From: an uncultured Pelagibacteraceae bacterium
Lineage (GTDB): Bacteria; Pseudomonadota; Alphaproteobacteria; Pelagibacterales; Pelagibacteraceae
Assembly (NCBI GenBank): GCA_902598655.1
Contig: CACKCQ010000002.1
Span: forward strand, 71,744-135,743
DNA: 64,000 bases
Reading direction: 5' to 3'
Shown: positions 40,887-48,495 of the stretch, in pieces
Numbering within the stretch: position 1 is the first letter of the stretch
Layout of the letters: each line of letters opens with the position of its first letter
Program-made: the position numbers and the translations under genes
Notes under the pieces: model-generated
What the model saw: only the letters and a program-made list of their open reading frames with translations
What the model was told of the DNA's origin: nothing
Databases searched by the model: none

Positions 40887-42387
40887 AGTTTTAAAAAATA
40901 ATCAAAATTTGAAATTAAAACCTGCTAAATTAGCAGTAATTGATATAGGTTCCAATTCTATCAGGATGTTAATCTATGAAGATTTTAACTCATCTCGTGT
41001 GCCTTTTTTCAATGAAAAAGCCGTTTGTGAACTTGGTAAAAATTTAGATAAGTCAAGAAAACTTCATAAATCTGGTGTGGATTATGCCCAAAAAGTATTG
41101 AAGAGATTTTCAGAAATTTTAAATGTTTCCAAAATTGTTAATTTAAAAATAATAGCAACTGCTGTTTTAAGAGAAGCAACAGATTCAAAACCCTTTGTTG
41201 AATACGTAGAAAACCTTTTTAAAAAAAAAATAGAAATCTTAAGTGGTGACGAAGAAGCAATTTGTTCAGCTGAAGGTGTTAAAATTGGATTTGATAATGT
41301 AGATGGGTTAGTTGCTGATCTTGGTGGAGGTAGTTTAGAATTAGCTCGAGTTGAAAATGGTTTGATTACTAATAAAACATCCTTACCCTTAGGTGTTTTA
41401 AGACTACTTAATAATCCAATTGTAAAAAAGAGAAACCTTTCTAAATATATAAAACAACTTTTGAGAGATGAGAAATGGTTATCTAAAAAAAAATTTGAAA
41501 ATTTGTATTTAGTTGGAGGAACATGGAGAGCTTTATTTAAACTTCATCTGTTTCAAAATAAACATCCTGTCCATATAATTCATCAGTATTCAGTAAATTA
41601 TGAAACTATATCATCATTTGTAGAAAAAATAGCATCGTTTAATAAAGCAAAACTAAAAACAGTTGAATATATATCTAAATCTAGAACACCTTATCTACCA
41701 TATAGCTCTATTATTTTAGATGAGATCATGAAAGTCACAAATCCAAAAAACATAATTTGTTCTATAAGCGGTATTAGGGAGGGATCTTTGACGAAAGATT
41801 ACTTTAAAAATATTGATAACTCTCAGGTTTTTGAAAAATCATTAGAATATATTTCTAAGAAAAGAGGTGATTTGGGATTAACTTACAAAAAGTATTATGA
41901 ATTTATCAAACCTGTATTTGATGGTAATGAACATTTTAATGAAAAATTACTTAACTTAGCTTGTGTTTTAAGTCATATGGATTGGGGACTAGGTGCTTTT
42001 CAAAAGGCAGAATTAGTTTTTCAAGAAACATTAAATACCCCTTTATTGAGACTTTCACATAAAGAAAGAATTCAAATAGCTCTTTCATGTTATTGGAGGT
42101 ACTGCAGTATTAAATACAATCCAAAAATAGAATATTTGACTTTTTTAAATAATAATGAAATTTTTTCTAGCAAACAAGTTGGTGCAGCCTTAAGATTTGC
42201 TCACTCACTAACATCTATTTCAACTATCTTTTTAGAGGAATTTAAATTGTATAAAAGAGGCAACTCTGTATTTTTAAAAATTCCAGCACAACATCAAGAA
42301 ATAATTTCTAAACAAGCCACAAAAAGATTTAAAGCTTTGGCGAGAGAATTATTTTTAGAACCAAGAGTAATTTATTCAAATAATTAA
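40876..42387 (+). CDS. ppx: Exopolyphosphatase (Ppx/GppA family)
   Basis: DIGSNS, SGDEEA, DLGGGS and GIREG motifs; overlaps the ppk1 stop. Confidence 0.93.
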   Translation: MEIKVLKNNQNLKLKPAKLAVIDIGSNSIRMLIYEDFNSSRVPFFNEKAVCELGKNLDKSRKLHKSGVDYAQKVLKRFSEILNVSKIVNLKIIATAVLREATDSKPFVEYVENLFKKKIEILSGDEEAICSAEGVKIGFDNVDGLVADLGGGSLELARVENGLITNKTSLPLGVLRLLNNPIVKKRNLSKYIKQLLRDEKWLSKKKFENLYLVGGTWRALFKLHLFQNKHPVHIIHQYSVNYETISSFVEKIASFNKAKLKTVEYISKSRTPYLPYSSIILDEIMKVTNPKNIICSISGIREGSLTKDYFKNIDNSQVFEKSLEYISKKRGDLGLTYKKYYEFIKPVFDGNEHFNEKLLNLACVLSHMDWGLGAFQKAELVFQETLNTPLLRLSHKERIQIALSCYWRYCSIKYNPKIEYLTFLNNNEIFSSKQVGAALRFAHSLTSISTIFLEEFKLYKRGNSVFLKIPAQHQEIISKQATKRFKALARELFLEPRVIYSNN

Positions 42388-42519
42388 TATATAATTTAAT
42401 TTATTACAACTTACAGGTTAGTGATTTTTCTTTTTTAATATATTTTTAATTTTATTGAAATATATCTTTAATCCAAATGTAATATTCTTCTGTGATTAAA
42501 TTGTAAACATTAAACCCCT

Positions 42520-42558
42520 GAAATACGCTTGGTATTATTATTGAGCGTATTTCTTTTT
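42520..42558 (+). terminator. Probable terminator of ppk1-ppx, overlapping the Nudix stop codon
   Basis: Perfect 10-bp inverted repeat GAAATACGCT (42520-42529) / AGCGTATTTC (42544-42553), then TTTTT. Confidence 0.6.
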
Positions 42559-43026
42559 ATAAAACAAATACATTCCTATATGAGATGCATTGTTAAATTT
42601 ACCATTCTCAATTAATTTAATTATTTGATGATCTGAAACTATGTGGATTTTAATTCCTTTTTCAGGCTTTGAAATTTTAATAAGATTATTACAAAAAAAA
42701 CCAGTAATTTTAGTGGTGAGTCGACCTGGTTCAGAATAAAATGAAGTAATTTTTCTTAATTTATTTCTTGATTTATATCCTGTTTCTTCAATTAATTCTT
42801 TTTTAGCAGATATTAAAGCTGTTTCATGTTTTTCAATTATACCAGATGGAAACTCAAAATTAATTTGATTTATAGGAATTCTTTTTTGTGAAACCAAAAT
42901 ATACTTGTTCTTAATTTTGGGTATTACTATTGAAAGGTTTGAGGTTTTTAAAAAATGATAAAATTCTTTTTTTTTAAATTTTTTATTAATTAATTTAATA
43001 TTGTTTGTTAGTTTTAAATTTTTCAA
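42538..43026 (-). CDS. Nudix hydrolase (ADP-ribose pyrophosphatase-like)
   Basis: Nudix box GIIEKHETALISAKKELIEETGY with downstream YSEPG. Likely TTG start at 43026 (TTGA overlap with the aquaporin stop) rather than 43197. Confidence 0.82.
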   Translation of the reverse strand: MKNLKLTNNIKLINKKFKKKEFYHFLKTSNLSIVIPKIKNKYILVSQKRIPINQINFEFPSGIIEKHETALISAKKELIEETGYKSRNKLRKITSFYSEPGRLTTKITGFFCNNLIKISKPEKGIKIHIVSDHQIIKLIENGKFNNASHIGMYLFYKKKYAQ

Positions 43027-43682
43027 TCTTTTTCTAAGAATAATTTTTTTGCGATATAAACAGCAATTAACATACCAATTAATTCTGCAATTATATAAAA
43101 AGGAGTGTTTAAATAACTTATACCAGTAAACGAATCTGTGAATGTTCTTGCTATTGTTACAGCAGGATTTGCAAAAGAAGTTGACGAGGTAAACCAATAA
43201 CCAGCAGTGATATATAAACCAACTGATCCAGCAACAGCTATTTTACCTGATTTCATTGAACCAAAAATAATTAAAATAAGACCCAACGTAGCAACTATTT
43301 CAGAAGTAAAAATATAAATCCCACTCCTTGACTTTGTTGATAATTCAAAAACCTGATGTTCAAAAAAGAAATTAGCTAATGCTACACCTAGCAAACATCC
43401 AAGTATCTGAGCAGAAATATAAAAGGGTAGAAGGTTTTTTTTTAACTTTCCTGTAATTGTCATAGCAATACTTACAAATGGATTGAAATGAGCCCCAGAT
43501 ACATCAGCAAATACTGTTATTAGCACAAACAATCCAGCTCCGGTTGCCAATGTGTTTGCTATTAGCATTACTGCTATATCATTAGTTAGATTTTCTGCCA
43601 TTAAACCTGATCCAACTATGATCATGACCAGAAAGCAACTTCCAATGAACTCTGAAAGAAAATATCTATTTTTATTTTTCAT
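43023..43682 (-). CDS. MIP-family aquaporin, AqpS-like probable arsenite channel
   Basis: SGAHFNPF and YWFTSSTSFANPAVTIAR motifs typical of ars-linked aquaporins; overlaps arsC. Confidence 0.88.
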   Translation of the reverse strand: MKNKNRYFLSEFIGSCFLVMIIVGSGLMAENLTNDIAVMLIANTLATGAGLFVLITVFADVSGAHFNPFVSIAMTITGKLKKNLLPFYISAQILGCLLGVALANFFFEHQVFELSTKSRSGIYIFTSEIVATLGLILIIFGSMKSGKIAVAGSVGLYITAGYWFTSSTSFANPAVTIARTFTDSFTGISYLNTPFYIIAELIGMLIAVYIAKKLFLEKD

Positions 43683-44103
43683 CTATCCAATCTTTAATTT
43701 TATTACTTATAATATTGAAAGTTTTTCTAATGATTATTTGCTTTTCTTCGTCATTTGCATTTTGAAGTTTAGCTACCGGATCTTCTATATCCCAATGTAT
43801 AATTTGGTTTTTATCAGGCCAAATAGGACATACCTCATTATTTGCGTTGTTGCATACTGTTATTACATGATCCATTTTTAATTCTTTATTGATAAATTCT
43901 TCAAAGTTTTTAGAACTGTAATTAGTTAGATCATAACTTTTATTTTTTTCTAAAAAACTTTTAACATCTTCATTGATTTTTCCAGATGGATTACTACCAG
44001 CACTAAAAGCATTAAATTTATTTGAGTATTCGTTATTAATAATACTCTCAGCGATAATGCTTCTCGCTGAATTTCCTGTGCATACAAATAAAATATTTTT
44101 CAT
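43672..44103 (-). CDS. arsC: Arsenate reductase, LMW-PTP (thioredoxin-coupled) type
   Basis: CTGNSARS P-loop, SAGS, TVCNNANNEVCPIWP resolving cysteines, HWDIEDP. Confidence 0.9.
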   Translation of the reverse strand: MKNILFVCTGNSARSIIAESIINNEYSNKFNAFSAGSNPSGKINEDVKSFLEKNKSYDLTNYSSKNFEEFINKELKMDHVITVCNNANNEVCPIWPDKNQIIHWDIEDPVAKLQNANDEEKQIIIRKTFNIISNKIKDWIDEK

Positions 44104-44324
44104 TAAAAAATAATTTTATAAATACCAATTACAAACAAAGGAATTTGTAATCCAAAATTAGTTAATATGGCCTTATCTTTTAATAAAAAACCCGATATTG
44201 TCCATCCAACTACACCAAGACCATGAAAATATATATTAATTGGATATATATTTAAATTTGTAAGCAATATTCCTGTTAAGACTAAAAACGTGCTTATCCA
44301 TTTGAGATATTTTTTTAAAAACAT
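44103..44324 (-). CDS. Small three-TM membrane protein of unknown function (73 aa)
   Basis: AAGGAG SD; three hydrophobic segments; TAATG coupling to arsC. Confidence 0.78.
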   Translation of the reverse strand: MFLKKYLKWISTFLVLTGILLTNLNIYPINIYFHGLGVVGWTISGFLLKDKAILTNFGLQIPLFVIGIYKIIF

Positions 44325-44345
44325 AAAACTCCTTTCTCTATACTT

Positions 44346-44374
44346 ATGACAGTTATGTTAAAGATTTATTAAAA
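44346..44374 (-). promoter_or_regulatory. Pho box (three half-sites) upstream of the ars operon
   Basis: Minus strand reads TTTTAAT-AAAT-CTTTAAC-ATAA-CTGTCAT; the last half-site is the perfect consensus. Confidence 0.75.
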
Positions 44375-44382
44375 TTATTATT

Positions 44383-44721
44383 TTATATTAAATTGATTAT
44401 GTATCTATGGATAAAATATCCTCCGATTAGCAATATTAAACCTGTAATATAAATTATGAAAAAATTCATATTAAAAGATTTTGCAAAAAAGAAGGGTACA
44501 AAGAATAAATAACTTGCTGGTACTGCAATAAATATACTTTTTGTAAACATTACTGTTTTTTCTGTATCATTATGCTCATAATACGAAAACAGTATCGCTA
44601 TTAGTGATACCAAGGGTAATGCAATAATAAATCCAGCGAGCTTAGGATTTTGACCAGCCAACCAACTTGAAAAAGCAACAATTAAACCTGCTGCTACAAC
44701 TTTAAAAATAAAAAATAACAT
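44383..44721 (-). CDS. Small four-TM membrane protein (DUF3147-like)
   Basis: AGFIIALPLVS motif; hydrophobic; family assignment tentative. Confidence 0.7.
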   Translation of the reverse strand: MLFFIFKVVAAGLIVAFSSWLAGQNPKLAGFIIALPLVSLIAILFSYYEHNDTEKTVMFTKSIFIAVPASYLFFVPFFFAKSFNMNFFIIYITGLILLIGGYFIHRYIINLI

Positions 44722-44727
44722 CTGTTT

Positions 44728-45267
44728 TTAGCTTGTTGCAAATTCTTTAATTTTCTCAAAACTGAAGTGATCGGCTATATCTTTCTTGGCGTAGTATACT
44801 TCATCAACTGTGCCTTGTTCGTTTATCAAAACATCTGTAACAGCTATATCAAAATGACCTTTAATTTTTAAAGGAATATATCCCTTTAACATTGCAGGTA
44901 TTATTTTATGAGATTTAAATAGCATTGCAGATAATGTTTTCATCATTGATCTTTCAATTTCATATTTTTGAAAATATTTAAAATCTTCATCGGCCAGTAC
45001 AGTAAAAGGTAAATTGTTATGTTTTTTCATATATGACCTTAAATTATCAACCGGCGAGTGAAATATTGCAACATGTGTAAAATTATTTCCTAACTCATTA
45101 AATCTTTTATTAATTTCGTTTAATCTAAGATTGCAAAAACTACATCCAGCTATTCTGTAAAAAGTTAAAAGAACTTTCTTTCCATGTGTTTCTGATAAAT
45201 TAAATGTAGACCCGTCATCTCTTGGAAGTGTAATTTCTTCTATTTTATCTCCTTTGGAGATCTTCAT
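44728..45267 (-). CDS. AhpC/TSA (redoxin/peroxiredoxin-like) thioredoxin-fold protein
   Basis: FYRIAGCSFCNLR CxxC and PFTVLADED motifs; ATG at 45267 overlaps the zur stop (ATGA). Confidence 0.85.
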   Translation of the reverse strand: MKISKGDKIEEITLPRDDGSTFNLSETHGKKVLLTFYRIAGCSFCNLRLNEINKRFNELGNNFTHVAIFHSPVDNLRSYMKKHNNLPFTVLADEDFKYFQKYEIERSMMKTLSAMLFKSHKIIPAMLKGYIPLKIKGHFDIAVTDVLINEQGTVDEVYYAKKDIADHFSFEKIKEFATS

Positions 45268-45662
45268 TTGATAGAGCATTTTTTACAAAGCCCAAAGAAT
45301 TCAAGATTATATTTATTGAATTTCATACCCGCTTTGTCTTGAAAATTTTTTAAATATTTTGAAAGTTTGCTGTCACTAATTTCACTTACTTCTTCACAGC
45401 TTTCACATATTGAAAATGCTGTTGCCTTTGAGATCTGACAATTTGAATTTTTACATGCAACGAAAGCATTTCTACTTTCAATTTTGTGAATTTTTCCAAT
45501 TTCAACCAATTTATCAAGCGCTCTATAAACTTGAAGAGGGGCTTTAATACCTTTTTTTTGCACATTATGTAAAATTGAATAAGCTTTTATGGGCTCATTT
45601 ACTTTTTCAATGTAATCAAGAACTATTTGTTGATTTTTTGATAGTATTTCCTGTTTAAGCAT
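45264..45662 (-). CDS. zur: Zinc uptake regulator (Fur family)
   Basis: APLQVYRAL, HKIES.NAFVAC, CESC and CKKC motifs; in the znu cluster. Confidence 0.93.
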   Translation of the reverse strand: MLKQEILSKNQQIVLDYIEKVNEPIKAYSILHNVQKKGIKAPLQVYRALDKLVEIGKIHKIESRNAFVACKNSNCQISKATAFSICESCEEVSEISDSKLSKYLKNFQDKAGMKFNKYNLEFFGLCKKCSIK

Positions 45663-45686
45663 AGTTTTTCTTTTATCAATTTCCCA

Positions 45687-46490
45687 TTAGTTTTTCAATT
45701 GTATCGTCTGTTTAATTTTAAATAGAGATATTACAAATAATAATAACGCTGCAGCAATGATAGATGGACCCGAAGGAGTATTGAATTGCAATGAAGAAAA
45801 TAAACCCATGATTACTGATAATAATCCTCCACATATAGAAAAAATTACCATCTTTTTGGGAGTATCTGATATGTTACGAGCCATAGCCGTTGGTATAATT
45901 AACATCCCAGTTATTAATAAAAGTCCTACAATTTTTATAGAAATTGCAATTATTGCTGCCATTAAAATAGTAAATATTGCTTTTGCTCTATCAGGATTTA
46001 ATCCTTCTGCTTCTGCAAGTTCATAATTTACTGTTGAAGCAAATAAAGGTTTCCAAATTATTTTTAATACAATTAAAATTATTGCTCCTCCTCCCCATAT
46101 AATTATCAAATCATCAACATTAACAGCTAATATGTCTCCAAATAATAGTCCCATGACATCAAATCTTATAAATGAGAGAAAACCAATTACCACTAAGCCA
46201 ACTGCTAATGCTGAGTGAGCTAAAAGACCAAGTAAAGCATCGCCGGGCAAATTAGTATTTTTTTCAAGTTTAACTAATATGATTGCTATTACTGATGAAA
46301 TGATAAATATCGAAATTGCTATATTAATTTCGAATGCCAATGCCATTGTAACACCAAGTAATGCTGAATGTGCTAATGTATCTCCGAAATAAGATAATCT
46401 TCTCCAAACTACAAAGCAGCCCAAAGGACCTGTTACAAAAGCAACACCTATACCAGCAATTAAAGCTCTTATAAAAAAATCATCAAACAT
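45687..46490 (-). CDS. znuB: Zinc ABC transporter permease
   Basis: GPLGCFVVWRRLSYFGDTLAH and LLFGDIL motifs. Confidence 0.95.
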   Translation of the reverse strand: MFDDFFIRALIAGIGVAFVTGPLGCFVVWRRLSYFGDTLAHSALLGVTMALAFEINIAISIFIISSVIAIILVKLEKNTNLPGDALLGLLAHSALAVGLVVIGFLSFIRFDVMGLLFGDILAVNVDDLIIIWGGGAIILIVLKIIWKPLFASTVNYELAEAEGLNPDRAKAIFTILMAAIIAISIKIVGLLLITGMLIIPTAMARNISDTPKKMVIFSICGGLLSVIMGLFSSLQFNTPSGPSIIAAALLLFVISLFKIKQTIQLKN

Positions 46491-47237
46491 TTAATTTTTT
46501 TTTATATCTCCATCATTTGAATGAACATGATCATGCTTATGTTCATATATAGAAAGAGTTTGTGAAGCTTGTTCGCCAAATAACAGTTTATACTCATTAT
46601 TCATTGCAACGTCTTTTGGTGTTCCTGAACAACACACGTGGCCATTTAAACAAATAACATGATCTGTTGCTGTCATAACAGTATGCAAATCATGAGAAAT
46701 TAATAAAATTCCACAATTTAATTTATCTGCTATTTCTTTTATTAATTTATACAATGCAATCTCCCCAGTAAAATCAACTCCTTGAACCGGCTCATCCAAT
46801 ACTAAAAGATCAGGTTTTTTTGAAACTGCTCTTGCAAGAAGCACTCTTTGAAATTCTCCACCAGATAAATTTCCTAAATTCTGGTTTTTAAGATGATCTG
46901 CACCCGTTAATTTTAAAGCTTCATTTATTTTTTCTTCATCGAGTTCATCTGTTAAAACCATAAAATCACTCACTTTAAGTGGCAATGTCCAGTCAATTGA
47001 AATCTTTTGAGGAACATATCCAATTTTATCAGTAAATTTTTCTACATTGCCTTCTATATTCTTATGAAGTCCTATCGCAATTTTTGCAGTTGTACTTTTG
47101 CCAGAACCATTTGGCCCAATTAATGTTACTATCTTTCTTCTTTCAACAATTAAAGAAACACCTTTTACAAGCCATTTATTCCGTTGTTTTAATCCAACTT
47201 CAGTTAATTTTACTAATACATTGTTCTCAATTGTCAT
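46491..47237 (-). CDS. znuC: Zinc ABC transporter ATP-binding protein
   Basis: GPNGSGKST, LSGGEFQR, HVCCSG motifs; C-terminal HxHxH. Confidence 0.96.
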   Translation of the reverse strand: MTIENNVLVKLTEVGLKQRNKWLVKGVSLIVERRKIVTLIGPNGSGKSTTAKIAIGLHKNIEGNVEKFTDKIGYVPQKISIDWTLPLKVSDFMVLTDELDEEKINEALKLTGADHLKNQNLGNLSGGEFQRVLLARAVSKKPDLLVLDEPVQGVDFTGEIALYKLIKEIADKLNCGILLISHDLHTVMTATDHVICLNGHVCCSGTPKDVAMNNEYKLLFGEQASQTLSIYEHKHDHVHSNDGDIKKN

Positions 47238-47255
47238 TTATTACCTTGACTTATT

Positions 47256-47292
47256 AATGTTATATTATTACACAATGTTATATTATAACAAT
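47256..47292. promoter_or_regulatory. Two tandem Zur boxes in the divergent znuC/znuA promoter
   Basis: TGTTATA-T-TATTACA (47258-47272) and perfect TGTTATA-T-TATAACA (47276-47290), matching the Zur consensus TGTTATAnTATAACA. Confidence 0.85.
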
Positions 47293-47309
47293 TAACACTA
47301 AATTAAATT

Positions 47310-48452
47310 ATGAAAAACTTAAAAAAATCAACATTAATAATTACAATATTATCTTTTTTAGCTCTTTTTACATCAGCAAAAGCAGAAATAAAAGTTGTAG
47401 CTTCAATTAAGCCTATACACTCTTTAGCTAGCTATCTGATGGATGGAGTTGCTAAACCAGACCTAATAGTCGATGGATATTCTTCACCACATGGATTTCC
47501 GTTAAAACCATCTCATGCAAAGATGTTACAAGAAGCTGATATTATTTTTTGGGTAGGTGAAGATCTAGAAAATTTCATGGAAAAACCATTAGATTCAATT
47601 GCAAAAAAAGCTGAAAAAATTGAATTAATGGAAATTAAAGGTCTTAATAAATTAAAATTCAGAGAACGAAATATTTTTGGTGATCATGATGATCATGACG
47701 ATCACGGACATAAAGAAGATGGCCATAAAGAAGATGATCACGATGATCATGACCATAAAAAGAAAGATGGACATGACGACCACGATGATCACGACCACAA
47801 AAAAAAAGACGGTCATAAAGAAGATGATCACGATGATCATGACCATAAAAAGAAAGATGGGCATGACGATCATGATGACCATGGACATAAAAAGAAAGAT
47901 GACCATGATGACCACGATAATCATGCAGGACATGAAGGTCACCACCACGGTGAGCATGACCCACATATTTGGTTAGATCCAATGAATGCTAAAGTTATAT
48001 TAAATGAAATGGCAGAGCATTTAATTGAAAATGATGCTAAGAACGCATCAAAATATAAAAGCAATTTAAAGAAAGCACTAAAAGATATTGATAAACTTGT
48101 TAGTGACGTCTCTTCTGAATTAAATCAGAGTGTTGCATCAATTGTTTTCCATGATGCTTACCAATATTTTGAGAAAAGATTTAATGTTAATATATTGGGT
48201 GCTTTTACAGTTAATACAGATGTAATGCCAGGAGCAGAACAATTGGCTGAAATCAGAGAAATAATTGAGCATGATAAAGTAGCTTGTGTATTTTCTGAAC
48301 CACAGTTTAATCCAAATATCATTAAAGCTGTAGCAAAAGATATGAATATTAAAACTGGTGTTGTAGACCCATTAGGAGCTACTTTGGATCCTGGAAAAGA
48401 CTTATATTTTGATTTAATCAGAAATATGTCTAAATCTTTTAAAGGTTGTTAA
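47310..48452 (+). CDS. znuA: Zinc ABC transporter substrate-binding protein with a long His/Asp-rich loop
   Basis: VVASIKPIHSL, SPHG, DPHIWLDP, FHDAYQYFE and FSEPQF motifs. Confidence 0.96.
   Translation: MKNLKKSTLIITILSFLALFTSAKAEIKVVASIKPIHSLASYLMDGVAKPDLIVDGYSSPHGFPLKPSHAKMLQEADIIFWVGEDLENFMEKPLDSIAKKAEKIELMEIKGLNKLKFRERNIFGDHDDHDDHGHKEDGHKEDDHDDHDHKKKDGHDDHDDHDHKKKDGHKEDDHDDHDHKKKDGHDDHDDHGHKKKDDHDDHDNHAGHEGHHHGEHDPHIWLDPMNAKVILNEMAEHLIENDAKNASKYKSNLKKALKDIDKLVSDVSSELNQSVASIVFHDAYQYFEKRFNVNILGAFTVNTDVMPGAEQLAEIREIIEHDKVACVFSEPQFNPNIIKAVAKDMNIKTGVVDPLGATLDPGKDLYFDLIRNMSKSFKGC
47724..47903 (+). repeat. 90-nt tandem duplication within the znuA His-rich loop
   Basis: 47724-47770 is identical to 47814-47860; the 30-aa unit HKEDDHDDHDHKKKDGHDDHDDHxHKKKD is repeated. 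Confidence 0.9.
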
Positions 48453-48495
48453 TTAAAAATTGAACTTTTGCCGTAAATAATATCTAATATTATTT

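Noticed and set aside
47098-47295. 65-aa ORF ending in YYYTMLYYNN
   Set aside because: Antisense to znuC; the repeated MLYY is simply the translation of the tandem Zur boxes.
47652-47982. Three alternative-frame ORFs (Met/Ile-rich, His/Arg-rich) and a CRISPR-like appearance of the repeat
   Set aside because: By-products of the low-complexity znuA loop; no unique spacers and no cas genes.
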